From NCBI GenBank assembly GCA_947478395.1, contig CANJVR010000003.1:288001-352000 (forward strand): a stretch of DNA of 64,000 nucleotides, written 5' to 3'. Position 1 is the stretch's first letter, and every line of letters starts with the position of its first letter. This stretch comes from Opitutia bacterium (GTDB taxonomy: Bacteria; Verrucomicrobiota; Verrucomicrobiia; Opitutales; Opitutaceae). Positions 38,919 through 49,168 of this stretch are shown here, piece by piece. The position numbers and the translations under genes are program-made. The notes beneath the pieces were generated by a model that was not told where the DNA came from, ran no database searches, and worked only from the letters and a program-made list of their open reading frames with translations.

Positions 38919-39926
38919 TTATGATCGCGGCGTGGGAATATTTTCGGGGGCGACGCCGGCGCGGGTCGCGATGAGCGCGCAAACCTGGGGAACGTACATG
39001 CGGGTTTCCGCGGGGAGGGAAGACGCGATGCCGGCGTAGGTTTTCGTCGGAGATTTTTCGAGGAGACGCGCCACGCGGCCGGAACCGGCATTGTAGGCCG
39101 CGAGGGCGAGGGGCCAGCTGCCGAATTTTTCGTAGTGGCCGCGGAGTAAACGAGCGGCGGCACGGGCGGACTTATCGGGATCGGTGCGTTCGTCCGGCAG
39201 AAACGTGCCGAGGCCCTGTTCCTTGGCGGTGTCCGGCATGAGTTGAAAAAGTCCGCGCGCGCCGGCCGGACTGCGAGCAGAGGGATTCATCATCGACTCG
39301 GCCTCGGCGAGCCAGGCGAGTTCGGCGGGCACGCGTTCCGCGGTGAACGCGGCGCGCAGGCGGGGCATCAACGCGGCCGCGGCCGCGGGCGATGGACGAC
39401 CGCGGGCTCGAGCGAGCCAGAGATCGTAATAGGGAACGGCGGGAGAATTTCCGATTTCCGATTTTTGGTTTTCGATGGGTGGCTGCGGTAGCGCGCGGGG
39501 CGGTAGCGGGGTGGTCGAAGGCGTGGTCAGCGGTCCAGCGGCTTCGATTTCGTCGAGGCGCGCGGCGAGCCAGTCGGCATAGTCGTCGTACTCAGGAAAA
39601 AGACGAAGGGCCGTCAGTGCGGCGCGACTTTCGGGGGCGTACGCGGCAAGCGCGCGCAGGTCGTCGCCTTCGAGGGCGCGTTGGAGCCGCGTGGCGAATT
39701 CGTCCCAGTGCGACTTCGACGGAAACTCGTACTGCGCCTTGATTTCCGCCGGGGCGAATTGCTCGAAGAGTTGCTGGCCGAGGGCGAAAAGGTCGTCGGT
39801 CGAGGGCGCGGAGGGCGTGGCCGAAGCAGGTGCGGGGCCCGGCGTTGAGTCCGCGGCGAACGAGAAGGTCATCAGCGCGCTCAAGCCGGCGAGGGCGCGG
39901 ACGCAAAATCGCGAGGCGGCGAACAT
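38919..39926 (-). CDS. Lytic transglycosylase (SLT domain), exported
   Basis: Signal peptide; AES..NP.ARS.AGARGLFQLMP, LALAAYNAG and ETRMYVP. Confidence 0.9.
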   Translation of the reverse strand: MFAASRFCVRALAGLSALMTFSFAADSTPGPAPASATPSAPSTDDLFALGQQLFEQFAPAEIKAQYEFPSKSHWDEFATRLQRALEGDDLRALAAYAPESRAALTALRLFPEYDDYADWLAARLDEIEAAGPLTTPSTTPLPPRALPQPPIENQKSEIGNSPAVPYYDLWLARARGRPSPAAAAALMPRLRAAFTAERVPAELAWLAEAESMMNPSARSPAGARGLFQLMPDTAKEQGLGTFLPDERTDPDKSARAAARLLRGHYEKFGSWPLALAAYNAGSGRVARLLEKSPTKTYAGIASSLPAETRMYVPQVCALIATRAGVAPENIPTPRS

Positions 39927-39978
39927 GGACGAAACGTTGGCACAATTTTCGGCCAGCGCCAGACGCGTCGCGGGGGCG

Positions 39979-41331
39979 TCAGCGAGGTGGAGTGGAGAGG
40001 GCCGCAGCGACGAGCGCCTTGAGCTTCAGCGCGGGCTGCGTCTGAAAAATAATCTGCGGCGAGAGGTCGTAACTCTTGGGGTTGTTGGCCACGAAGTCGG
40101 TTGTGGCGAGGCGGTAGGTGCGCGCCGGATCGATGGTGGCCGGACCGGCAGCGGCCAGATATTCGCCGTGGCGTTCGGCGAATGGGGTCTCGGGACCTTG
40201 ATTGGCCGTTGCGAGGATGGCGGCGAGTTGGGCCCCGGTGACTTCCGCGATGCAGATCGTGCCTTCAAAACGCACGCAGGCATCGAACGCGACGCGTGTG
40301 ACTTCCCCCTCGGGCAAGCCGGCGCCGAAGGTGGTATTGCCGATGGCCGCGGCGTCGACACCCGCGCCCGTACGGACTTGGGCGGCGACCCAGCGCGCCG
40401 CTTCGATCGGTGAAAGCGCTTTGGCGGTATGGCCGACAGCTACCAGGTCGTCGGCGGTGAGATATTTTGCGTTGGTTTCCCGGATCAGCGCGGCGAGTGC
40501 GGGATCGGCGGGATCGGTGAGCGCGATCGGAATTTGTTCAACCTCCCAGCGCGGCCCGGCATCGGTGGCGTGGAGCATAGCGAGGGAAAAAGAATCGTTC
40601 CACGAGCCAGACTGAAAGTAAACGGTGCGGCCCGTGTGATGGACAAAGCGGAGGTGATTGTGCGCGCCCGCAAAGAGCGTGCCGTCGGGAATCAGCGGGA
40701 GTAGTGCCCGGTCGGTTTGCACGCCGGTGTGAGTCAGAACGATGGCCAGGGGCGCAGTCTTGAGCAGTGCAGGAAAATTTTTCTGCGCCCAAGCGAGGGG
40801 ATCGCTCACATCGAGCGAGGGACGAACAGCGGCCCGGTAGGTGTTGAGGTGATCGGTTGCGAGTCCAACGACCACCGCTTCGCGCGCGCCCAGAAGCAGC
40901 CGGGTCGAGCCGGGTGCGAACGGCGCCTGCGTGGCGCGATCGACGAGGTTGCTGATGACGGTGACGCCGGTGGCCTGGATGCGCGCGACGGTGTCGTCTA
41001 CGGCGTAGAATTCAGGCTCGTGATTGCCGAGGTTGAGAATGGTGGGCGCGCGTTGGGCGAGCGCGGCGAACATCGCAAAATCGATCGCGCCGGCGCTGCG
41101 GCGGGCGACGACGTTGCCATATTCCAAAGAGTCCCCGTCGATGAGCACCGCGAGTGGCACACCCGGGTGCGCGGCGTGGAGCCGGTCGACGTGCGCGACG
41201 AATTGGGCCGTGCGCTCGTAGGCGGAGTGTTGATCGCCGACGATGACGACGATCGCATCGGGTTCGACCGCCGAGAGCGCCAGCATTTGAAACCAAATTA
41301 GGCCTAACCATTGAAGGAAACAGAGCCGCAT
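39979..41331 (-). CDS. Metallophosphoesterase / 5'-nucleotidase family protein
   Basis: Signal peptide; GDQH, DGD, GNHE, THTG and GAHNH motifs; C-terminal YRLATTDF. Confidence 0.85.
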   Translation of the reverse strand: MRLCFLQWLGLIWFQMLALSAVEPDAIVVIVGDQHSAYERTAQFVAHVDRLHAAHPGVPLAVLIDGDSLEYGNVVARRSAGAIDFAMFAALAQRAPTILNLGNHEPEFYAVDDTVARIQATGVTVISNLVDRATQAPFAPGSTRLLLGAREAVVVGLATDHLNTYRAAVRPSLDVSDPLAWAQKNFPALLKTAPLAIVLTHTGVQTDRALLPLIPDGTLFAGAHNHLRFVHHTGRTVYFQSGSWNDSFSLAMLHATDAGPRWEVEQIPIALTDPADPALAALIRETNAKYLTADDLVAVGHTAKALSPIEAARWVAAQVRTGAGVDAAAIGNTTFGAGLPEGEVTRVAFDACVRFEGTICIAEVTGAQLAAILATANQGPETPFAERHGEYLAAAGPATIDPARTYRLATTDFVANNPKSYDLSPQIIFQTQPALKLKALVAAALSTPPR

Positions 41332-41496
41332 GCGACAAACGTCAGAACCCCTTTTCGTGGCGGCAAGCTCGCAGGCGCCGTTGCATAGGAAGAAATCCGG
41401 TCCGCCGGGCAGAGCCTCGCTTTACTCCGGCCACCCTTCCGAGCCGTTTCCCGTTTGACCCTCCGGACGGGGCGTTTACTTAAACCGGTTCTGCGG

Positions 41497-42906
41497 ATGA
41501 ACCGGGTCCATATCAAAACCTACGGGTGCCAGATGAACGAGCGCGACAGCGAGGCGGTCGCGGCGATGCTGCGCGCGCGGGGCTACCGGATCGTGGCGAG
41601 CGAGGACGATTGCGATGTCCTGCTGCTTAACACCTGCAGCGTGCGCGACGCGGCGGAACAGAAAGCGATCGGCAAGGCTTCGTACCTGTTGCACCGAAAA
41701 AAACGGCAGCCGGAGTTCGTCATCGGGATTCTCGGCTGCATGGCGCAAAACCGTGGGGCCGAACTTCTGGATAAACTGCCTGATCTCGACCTGATTGTCG
41801 GCACGCAGAAATTTCACCAGGTGCCGGAGTATTTGGAAAACATCCGGGCGGCGCGGGCGGCGGGCGTGCCATTGGCGACAAGCATTGTGGACATTGCGGA
41901 GGAAGCGGGTTCGCAAAATACGATTCGCGATCACGTGCTAGCGCAGGACGTAGAAAATTTGACGGCTGATGGGGTCGAGGGCGTGGACATCCCGCCGCAA
42001 GTGAGCGCCTTCGTTTCCATTCAGCAGGGCTGCAACATGGACTGCTCTTTCTGCATCGTGCCGAAAACGCGGGGCGACGAACGCTCGCGTCCGATGGACG
42101 ACATCGTGGCGGAGTGCCGGTCGCTCGCGGCCCGTGGCGTACGCGAGGTGACCTTGCTCGGGCAAATCGTGACGAGTTATGGGCGGCGCGACTACACGCA
42201 CACGGGCGGGATTTCGCCGTTTGTGCAGCTCTTGGAGCGCGTTCATGCGATCGACGGGATTGAGCGGATCCGTTTCACGTCACCGCATCCGCGCGGTTTT
42301 AAACAGGATCTGGTCGAGGCGTATGGCCGGCTCCCCAAGCTTTGCGGTTACGTGCATCTGCCGATGCAGTCGGGCAGCAACCGGATGCTGCGCGCGATGA
42401 ACCGGCCGTACACGCGCGAGCGTTACTTCGAGATTGTCGAATCGTTGCGGGCGGTGCGCCCCGATATGTATTTTTCGACGGATGTGATTGTGGGATTCCC
42501 GGGTGAAACCGAGGAGGATTTCGCCGAGACGCGTGATCTTTTCGAGCGGGCGGACTACGACATGGCCTATATTTTCAAATATTCGATTCGGACGGGCACG
42601 CCGGCGGCGATACTGGGCGATCAAATTCCGGACGAAGTAAAAGAAGCGCGCAACGCGACGCTGCTCGGCGTGTTGCAGCAAAACTCACTGCGCCGCACGG
42701 CGACGCTGATTGGCACGGTCGAAGAAGTGTTGGTCGAAGGACCGGATAAAACCGGCCGCCGCTTTACCGGCCGCACGCGGGGCAACCGCGTTTGCGTGTT
42801 CGACGCGAGCCCGCGGCTGATCGGTCAGCTCGTGCCGTTGAAGATCGACCGGGCGACCGTGAGCACGCTGTACGGCGAGCTGGCGCTCAGCGGCGTGGAG
42901 GTTTGA
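41497..42906 (+). CDS. miaB: tRNA-i(6)A37 methylthiotransferase MiaB
   Basis: TYGCQMNERDSE, NTCSVR, GCMAQ, CxxxCxxC (CNMDCSFC), DVIVGFPGET and a TRAM tail. Confidence 0.96.
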   Translation: MNRVHIKTYGCQMNERDSEAVAAMLRARGYRIVASEDDCDVLLLNTCSVRDAAEQKAIGKASYLLHRKKRQPEFVIGILGCMAQNRGAELLDKLPDLDLIVGTQKFHQVPEYLENIRAARAAGVPLATSIVDIAEEAGSQNTIRDHVLAQDVENLTADGVEGVDIPPQVSAFVSIQQGCNMDCSFCIVPKTRGDERSRPMDDIVAECRSLAARGVREVTLLGQIVTSYGRRDYTHTGGISPFVQLLERVHAIDGIERIRFTSPHPRGFKQDLVEAYGRLPKLCGYVHLPMQSGSNRMLRAMNRPYTRERYFEIVESLRAVRPDMYFSTDVIVGFPGETEEDFAETRDLFERADYDMAYIFKYSIRTGTPAAILGDQIPDEVKEARNATLLGVLQQNSLRRTATLIGTVEEVLVEGPDKTGRRFTGRTRGNRVCVFDASPRLIGQLVPLKIDRATVSTLYGELALSGVEV

Positions 42907-42933
42907 TCGGGAGCACCGCGACGATTTTCAAAC

Positions 42934-43473
42934 ATGACCCTCACGCTCGCCACGCTCATCCCCGGTCTGATTCTGCTCGCGCTCGGCGTACCGCTCGCAC
43001 TCGGGGGCTCGATGGTGAGCTCGGCCCTGAAGGCTTTTCCGCGCTCGATGCCGGCGGCCGGCGTTTTTTTCGGGGCCGGCGCGGCGTGGTTCCTTTATAA
43101 CATCTGGCACCTTTCCATGGCGGACTTTGGAGAGTATCGGACGTATTTGTTCATCGGTTTCGCGATGGTCGCCGTGCTGGCTTTCAAGTGCGTGCCGGAT
43201 TTTCTCTCGGTGCGCGGGCTGTGTGCTTTGGTGTTGTTGGGTGCGATGCCGTTGCTCGATGCGGCGTACATGGAATACGATAAGCCGCAGCGGCTGCTGA
43301 TGGTCGCACTGGTGTACGTTGCGATCGCCGGCGCGATCTGGCTTGGAGCGCAACCGTACCGTCTGCGCGATTTCATCGGCTGGCTGTTGGTTCGGCCGGG
43401 TCGTGCACGAATCGCCGGCGGCATCCTGGCGGCGTACGGTCTGCTACTCTGCGGCACGGCGTTCACTTATTGA
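42934..43473 (+). CDS. Hypothetical membrane protein
   Basis: 179 aa with multiple hydrophobic segments, between miaB and gmk. Confidence 0.8.
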   Translation: MTLTLATLIPGLILLALGVPLALGGSMVSSALKAFPRSMPAAGVFFGAGAAWFLYNIWHLSMADFGEYRTYLFIGFAMVAVLAFKCVPDFLSVRGLCALVLLGAMPLLDAAYMEYDKPQRLLMVALVYVAIAGAIWLGAQPYRLRDFIGWLLVRPGRARIAGGILAAYGLLLCGTAFTY

Positions 43474-43481
43474 GCGGTGTC

Positions 43482-44111
43482 ATGACCGAGCACGTGTCAC
43501 AGCCGGATCAGGGAACTCCCGCAGCGGTGTTGATGGTAATCGCTGGGCCCGCGGGCTCGGGGAAGAGCACGTTGTGCGAGCGGCTGGTGGGCGAGGCGCC
43601 GGGATTTTCGCGGGTGATCACGAGCACGACGAGGGCGCCGCGGCCGGGCGAAGTGGATGGCTGTCATTACCATTTTCTGACGCCGGCCCAGTTCGATGCG
43701 AAGATTGCGGCCGGAGAATTTTTAGAATGGGCGTGGGTCCACGGCGACCGGCGTTACGGCACGCTGGCGTCGAGCGTGCTGGCGCCGCTCGCCGCGGGCC
43801 AAAGTCTCGCGATCAATCTCGATGTGCAGGGCGTGGCGAGCCTGCGACGGGCGGCTGTCGCACGACCCGCGCTGCGGCGGACGATGTCCACGGTTTTCAT
43901 CGTGCTCGATCACGCGCAACTCGTGGAACGTATCCGTAGCCGCGGTCAGGACAGCGAGGAGGAGATTGCGCGGCGGATGGCGACGGCGGAAGCCGAATTG
44001 CGCGAGGCCGAGAAGTTCGACTTCATCATTCACAGTCGTTCGCGCGATGAAGATTTTGCCGCGCTGCTCGGGATTTTGGCCAAAGCGCGGGTGAAGGCGG
44101 CGGCGGATTAG
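43482..44111 (+). CDS. gmk: Guanylate kinase
   Basis: GPAGSGKST, TTRAPRPGEVDG.HYHF, YGT and LDVQG. Confidence 0.94.
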   Translation: MTEHVSQPDQGTPAAVLMVIAGPAGSGKSTLCERLVGEAPGFSRVITSTTRAPRPGEVDGCHYHFLTPAQFDAKIAAGEFLEWAWVHGDRRYGTLASSVLAPLAAGQSLAINLDVQGVASLRRAAVARPALRRTMSTVFIVLDHAQLVERIRSRGQDSEEEIARRMATAEAELREAEKFDFIIHSRSRDEDFAALLGILAKARVKAAAD

Positions 44112-44271
44112 AGCGGGTTAAGTTTTTCCCTGACGGTTTTGCGTAGCGGCAGGCGACCCTGCCAGCCGGGTTTGGCGTCCTCATTTCGGCGGGCGGAGAC
44201 GCCGGCCGCTCCTTCGTTAGCGACACCGCATTTGATGAATCCGTTTCAGCCCGCCTCGATTGCACAGAAGC

Positions 44272-44304
44272 AAAAAAATCCCCGGGAAATTTCCCGGGGA
44301 TTTT
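44272..44304 (-). terminator. Intrinsic terminator (likely bidirectional) between gmk and gnd
   Basis: Perfect palindrome AAAATCCCCGGGAAATTTCCCGGGGATTTT with an A7 run on the left, i.e. a U-tract on the minus strand. Confidence 0.8.
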
Positions 44305-44335
44305 GATCGAGTCGGACTGCGAGGGTTAAGCTAGG

Positions 44336-45841
44336 TTAAGCTTCGATCTGTGGGCGTGACGCTTCGGGCCAGTCGATGTGGAAGAATTTTCCGCGCGGCT
44401 GGTCGACGCGCTCGTACGTGTGGGCGCCGAAATAATCGCGCTGCGCCTGGAGCAGATTAGCGGGCAAACGGGCCGAGCGGTAGCTGTCGTAGTAGGCGAG
44501 CGCCGAACTAAACGTTGGGGACGCCACGCCACACTCGGCGGCGAGCGACACGACATGACGCCAGTTTTCCTGCGCCTGCTTCACGGTCTTATTGAAGTAA
44601 GGATCGAGCAGCAGATTTGCGAGGTTCGGGTTCCGCGCGTAGGCCTCGGTGATTTTTTGCAAGAATGCCGCGCGGATGATGCAGCCACCGCGGAAAATTT
44701 GTGCGATCTCGCCGAAGTTAAGCTTCCAGTTGAACTCGGTCTGCGCGGCGCGCATGAGCTGGAAACCCTGCGCATAGGAACAGATTTTTGAGCAGTACAA
44801 CGCGTCGTGGATCGCCGCGATGAGGGCTTTCTTTGAACCGCGGTATTTGCGCTTCGGGCCCTTGAGAATTTTTGAGGCGGCTACGCGCTCGTCCTTGATC
44901 GCACTGATGCAACGCGCGAACACCGCTTCGGCGACGGTTGGCGCCGGCACGCCCATGTCGAGCGCGTTGGTCGAGGTCCATTTGCCCGTGCCTTTCTGGC
45001 CGGCGGTGTCGAGCACGACGTCCACGAACGCCTTTTTCTTCGTCATCGGATCCTTCTGCTTGAGGATGTCGGCTGTGATCTCGATCAGGAAACTATCAAG
45101 AATGCCGGTGTTCCAATCGGAGAAAATCGCGCCCATTTCCGCCGGTTTTAGACCGAGGAGACCCTGCATCAAGGCGTAGGCCTCACAGATCATCTGCATG
45201 TCGCCATATTCGATGCCGTTGTGAACCATCTTCACATAATGACCGGCGCCGTTTTCGCCGATGTAAGTGGTGCAGGGCACGCCGCCGCTGACGGGATGGC
45301 CAGGCGTGGCGCCCATGATGGGTTTACCGGTCTTCGCATCGACCTTCGCGGCAATCGCTTCCCAGATTGGCTTCAACTGAAGCCACGCGGCGAACTCGCC
45401 GCCGGGCATGAGCGACGGGCCAAAGCGCGCGCCTTCTTCGCCACCGGAAACGCCGGAGCCGATGAAGCGCAGGCCTTTTTCGCGGAGAACTTTTTCGCGG
45501 CGAATGGTATCGGTCCAGAGGGCATTGCCGCCATCGATGATGATGTCGCCCTTTTCTAGGAGTGGCACGAGGCCGTCGATCACCGCATCGGTGGCCTTGC
45601 CGGCCTGCACGAGGATCACCATTTTGCGCGGCTTGGCCAGGGACTGGACGAACTCGGGCAGTGTCTTCGCGCCAAAAAGGCCGCCCGGCGTGGAAGGATT
45701 TTCGGCGACGAACTTGTCGGTTTTTTCCGTAGTGCGGTTGTAAACCGAGATTCGGAACCCGTGATCGGCGATGTTGAGCGCGAGGTTTTGACCCATCACG
45801 GCGAGCCCGATGAGTCCGATGTCAGAGTGCGTTTTGGCCAT
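44336..45841 (-). CDS. gndA: 6-phosphogluconate dehydrogenase, NADP-dependent, decarboxylating
   Basis: [36 protein letters not shown] and [14 protein letters not shown]. Confidence 0.97.
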   Translation of the reverse strand: MAKTHSDIGLIGLAVMGQNLALNIADHGFRISVYNRTTEKTDKFVAENPSTPGGLFGAKTLPEFVQSLAKPRKMVILVQAGKATDAVIDGLVPLLEKGDIIIDGGNALWTDTIRREKVLREKGLRFIGSGVSGGEEGARFGPSLMPGGEFAAWLQLKPIWEAIAAKVDAKTGKPIMGATPGHPVSGGVPCTTYIGENGAGHYVKMVHNGIEYGDMQMICEAYALMQGLLGLKPAEMGAIFSDWNTGILDSFLIEITADILKQKDPMTKKKAFVDVVLDTAGQKGTGKWTSTNALDMGVPAPTVAEAVFARCISAIKDERVAASKILKGPKRKYRGSKKALIAAIHDALYCSKICSYAQGFQLMRAAQTEFNWKLNFGEIAQIFRGGCIIRAAFLQKITEAYARNPNLANLLLDPYFNKTVKQAQENWRHVVSLAAECGVASPTFSSALAYYDSYRSARLPANLLQAQRDYFGAHTYERVDQPRGKFFHIDWPEASRPQIEA

Positions 45842-46179
45842 AAAAGTGACGGAAGGTACGCAGCATCCCCCCGGAAAACCAATCTGTTTTTAGCCGAGGT
45901 CAGAAATCAACGGCGGGCCGATCCTCACGCCATCGATCATGATGGGCTAGCAAACCATTCAGCCTAGTCTGAAGGACCCGTTTCAGTCCGGTGTCAGCCC
46001 AATTTCCGACTCCATCATCCGAACTCCAAACCTAAAACTGCAGGCTACGGCGCGCCCTTGGGTTCCTGCGCCTGCTTGCCTGCGTGAGCGCCTTTGCGCG
46101 GAAAAAACGGCGCGATCTGGCTGATGATCGGCGTCATGGGCTGCGTTTCCTGCGGTAAAAATGAATTTCCGCCGGGTCG

Positions 46180-46638
46180 CTAAGCCGGCGGGTTCGTGGC
46201 TCCCGCGTGGTCGCCGCGTGTGGCGCAGTTGATCCAGATGGTGGCGCCGTCGGCGTAGTGCTCTTTTTTCCAGATCGGCACGCGGGCTTTGGCCTCGTCG
46301 ATAATGTAGCGGCACGCATCGAAGGCGGCACCGCGATGCGCCGCCGTGACGCCGACCCACACCGCGAGATCGCCCAACGCGAGTGCGCCCACCCGGTGCA
46401 CGCAGACCGCGCCGAAAACGGGAAACTTCTCCCGCGCTTCGGCCAGAATGCGCGCGCCTTCCTTCTCCGCGAGCGGCGGGTAGGCTTCATAGTCGAGCGA
46501 CTGCACGAGGTGGCCGTCGTTATGATTGCGCACCCAGCCCTCGAACGTCACGCCCGCGCCCGCCCGCACGTCGGGCAAGCCCCGCGCCAAGGCCCCAGGA
46601 TCGAGTGCGGTGGTTGAAAGGAGAAAACTAAAACTCAC
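46180..46638 (-). CDS. moaE: Molybdopterin synthase catalytic subunit
   Basis: FEGWVR, YEAY, HRVG.L, HR..AF and K..VPIWKKE. Confidence 0.93.
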   Translation of the reverse strand: MSFSFLLSTTALDPGALARGLPDVRAGAGVTFEGWVRNHNDGHLVQSLDYEAYPPLAEKEGARILAEAREKFPVFGAVCVHRVGALALGDLAVWVGVTAAHRGAAFDACRYIIDEAKARVPIWKKEHYADGATIWINCATRGDHAGATNPPA

Positions 46639-46685
46639 GGGATGGTGGGGGCTATTTTTTGAAAACTGGAGAGCTCGTCAGAGTG

Positions 46686-46708
46686 AATGTCACTTAATAG
46701 GTGACGTT
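46686..46708. repeat. Second copy of the short palindrome (AATGTCACTTAATAGGTGACGTT)
   Basis: Identical 19-mer to the rlmN-internal copy; lies between moaD and moaE. Confidence 0.75.
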
Positions 46709-46753
46709 TAAACTGGGGGAATTGGGGGAGGTCGACGCCATCGATGGGAAAAC

Positions 46754-46996
46754 TCAACCGCCTGCGACCGGGGGGATGAACACCACGCGGTCGCCTTCGT
46801 GCAGCGTGGCGGTGGCAGTCACGAATTCATCATTCACCGCCGCCCGGACGCGATCGCCTGGCAGCGTGAAACCGTGGCGTGCGCGGAGTTCCTCGTAAAG
46901 CGCGCCTGGGGTGGTGGCCGGCGTGGTGAGTTTTTCCTGCGCAATCCCGCGTTGCTCGCGGAGAATGGCGAAGTACTGGATCGTGATCGTTGGCAT
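46754..46996 (-). CDS. moaD: Molybdopterin synthase sulfur carrier
   Basis: YFAILRE, AVNDEF and C-terminal PPVAGG. Confidence 0.93.
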   Translation of the reverse strand: MPTITIQYFAILREQRGIAQEKLTTPATTPGALYEELRARHGFTLPGDRVRAAVNDEFVTATATLHEGDRVVFIPPVAGG

Positions 46997-47144
46997 CGGG
47001 TCGGCGGGTAAAAATCCTGTGGCATTCATGCCGGGGATTTCGCGATAGGCCAGCTCACTCGTGCGTGCTGAAGCTTCGAAGAAAAAAGCCCGCGCGGCAC
47101 TGGTTAAGGGCGCGTCCTTGAAGCAAAACCAAAAACGGGAGGGG

Positions 47145-47354
47145 AACCGCTAATCGGATTTTCCCAATGGGAAAATCTATGATCGGCGGCTACGGCTGAT
47201 CGCCGGCGCAGGGAGTGGGTGGCATCCGCTGATCGCGGACGATTTCTCCACGGAGAAAACAGGCTGGGATCACCAGCCCCAATCACAAAGGCCGCAGGCG
47301 ATTAGCCGAAGGGGTGTTCGTAGATTCGCCCGTTGGCGAATCCCATTAGCGGTT
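47145..47354. mobile_element. MITE-like element with terminal inverted repeats (copy 1)
   Basis: Left end AACCGCTAATCGGATTTTCCCAATGGG; right end CCCGTTGGCGAATCCCATTAGCGGTT. Similar to 54894-55095. Confidence 0.6.
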
Positions 47355-47384
47355 CGATTGCCCCGGTTATTTCAACGACCCACG

Positions 47385-47870
47385 TTACGGCGCGTGAAAG
47401 TCGCTCTTGCCGCCGGTTTTTTCCAGCAGGCGGATGTCCTTGATCACGATGTCGTGCGAAATCGCCTTCCCCATGTCGTAAAGCGTCAGCGCCGCGATGG
47501 TGGCTCCAGTGAGTGCTTCCATTTCAACGCCGGTCTTTGCGTGCGTTTCGGCGCGGCAGCGGATCGCCACTTCGACCGAGCCGTCGGCGGCCGCGGCGCG
47601 CGACTCCAAGTCAATCTTGCAGTCGTCGAGTGGCAGCGGATGGCAGAGGGGAATGAGTTCGCTGGTGCGTTTCGCGCCCATGATCCCCGCTAGAATCGCC
47701 GTTTGGAAAACCGGGCCTTTTTTGGTCGCGATATCGCCGTCGTGCAGCAACGCGGCCAGTGCGGGCGGCAACACCACGACCGCGCCCGCCGTCGCGATGC
47801 GCCGCGTGGCGGTTTTTGGACCGACGTTGACCATCGCCGGCTGACCTTTGGCATCGAGGTGGGAGAGCAT
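47385..47870 (-). CDS. moaC: Cyclic pyranopterin monophosphate synthase MoaC
   Basis: LSHLD, AKRTSELIPLCH, TGVEMEALT and KTGGKS. Confidence 0.95.
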   Translation of the reverse strand: MLSHLDAKGQPAMVNVGPKTATRRIATAGAVVVLPPALAALLHDGDIATKKGPVFQTAILAGIMGAKRTSELIPLCHPLPLDDCKIDLESRAAAADGSVEVAIRCRAETHAKTGVEMEALTGATIAALTLYDMGKAISHDIVIKDIRLLEKTGGKSDFHAP

Positions 47871-47932
47871 ACAGAAAGAGAAAAGCTGGCGCGCGAAAAT
47901 GGCGGCGTAAAGCCGCCGCTAAAGGAAAGTCG

Positions 47933-49168
47933 TCACACCCACGGCCAGAATCGCACCACCTCGCCCGCGGGAAATTCGTTCCGCTCGGCCGGCAGTTCGA
48001 CGAAGCCATCGGTGCCAACCAAACCGGCGAAATCCCCCGAAGTATTGACCAGCTCGGGCGTCGCGAGCGTTTCGGCCTGCGGTCCGCTGTGGATTTTCAC
48101 CGGCAGCAGGCCCGCCAGTTTCGGCTCGAACTTCACGGCGGTCGCCAGTGCGGCGGTCCGGGCCGGCGACGGCGTCATCCCGCTGGCCTGGGCAAGGGCT
48201 GGCAGCACATAGCGATGGAGACAGGTGTACGCTGCCACCGGATTCCCCGGCAGCGCAAAGACGGGAGTCGAACGCGCGCTCATGCCAAACCAAAACGGCT
48301 TGCCTGGACGCTGGGCCACGCCGTGGAAAATTTTCCGCACGCCCTGGCGGGCAAGCTCGTCGGGCAGGAAATCGAATTTTCCTTTCGAAACTCCGCCGGT
48401 GACCAACATCACGTCATATTCTGCGAGCACGTGCCAGAGCCGGTGTTCGATCTCCTCTCGCACGTCCCGCACATGAAATCGGTCCACGCGCGGATAGCCG
48501 GCCAGTGCGAGCGTCGCGCGCAACGCGAGATCGTTGCTGCGCCGGATCTGGTGCGGCGCCACGCCCGCTTCCACTTCGACCAGTTCGTCGCCGGTCGTCA
48601 CGATGGCGATTTTCGGGGAATGCGCGACGGTCAAGAAAGAGTAACCGCAGGCGGCCGCCACCGCGAGTTCACGGCCCGTGAGTCGCACGCCGCCGCGCAC
48701 GATTAACGCGCCCGCCGGATGATCACTCCCTCGCAGGTGGACGGCGTGACCCGGCTGAAATTTTCCCGCGGCTTTTCCGACGTTCATCAGGGTGGGCGAA
48801 TTTCCCACTTTGGCGCCCTCGGCCCGCGTCGTTTCCTCGTACGGCACCACGCAATCTGCGCCGGTCGGCAAAGCGGACCCAGTCATGATTTCAACACAGG
48901 TGTCCGGCTCCAGTCCCAATACCCGCGGCAACATGCCCGCCGCCTGCACGCCTTCCACGCGAAACATCTGCACCCCCGCCGCGAGCGAAGATGACCGCAA
49001 CGCGTATCCATCCATCGTCACGCGATCAAACGGCGGCAGATCGCGGTCGGCTTTCAAATCGGCGCGCAAAACCCGTCCGTGCGCTGACGTCAGAGGACAA
49101 TCCTCGCGGTGCAGCAACCGGGTGTTTTCGCGAATAAGTTTTTCGGCCTCGGCCGGCGTGATGAGCAT
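47933..49168 (-). CDS. moeA: Molybdopterin molybdotransferase MoeA
   Basis: PPFD...MDGYA, IMTG, TGDEL, TGGVSKG, PGKP and LPGNP. Confidence 0.94.
   Translation of the reverse strand: MLITPAEAEKLIRENTRLLHREDCPLTSAHGRVLRADLKADRDLPPFDRVTMDGYALRSSSLAAGVQMFRVEGVQAAGMLPRVLGLEPDTCVEIMTGSALPTGADCVVPYEETTRAEGAKVGNSPTLMNVGKAAGKFQPGHAVHLRGSDHPAGALIVRGGVRLTGRELAVAAACGYSFLTVAHSPKIAIVTTGDELVEVEAGVAPHQIRRSNDLALRATLALAGYPRVDRFHVRDVREEIEHRLWHVLAEYDVMLVTGGVSKGKFDFLPDELARQGVRKIFHGVAQRPGKPFWFGMSARSTPVFALPGNPVAAYTCLHRYVLPALAQASGMTPSPARTAALATAVKFEPKLAGLLPVKIHSGPQAETLATPELVNTSGDFAGLVGTDGFVELPAERNEFPAGEVVRFWPWV

Noticed and set aside
46997..47384. Possible mobA remnant between moaC and moaD
   Set aside because: No MobA motifs in the frames I read; the gap is largely explained by the TIR element.
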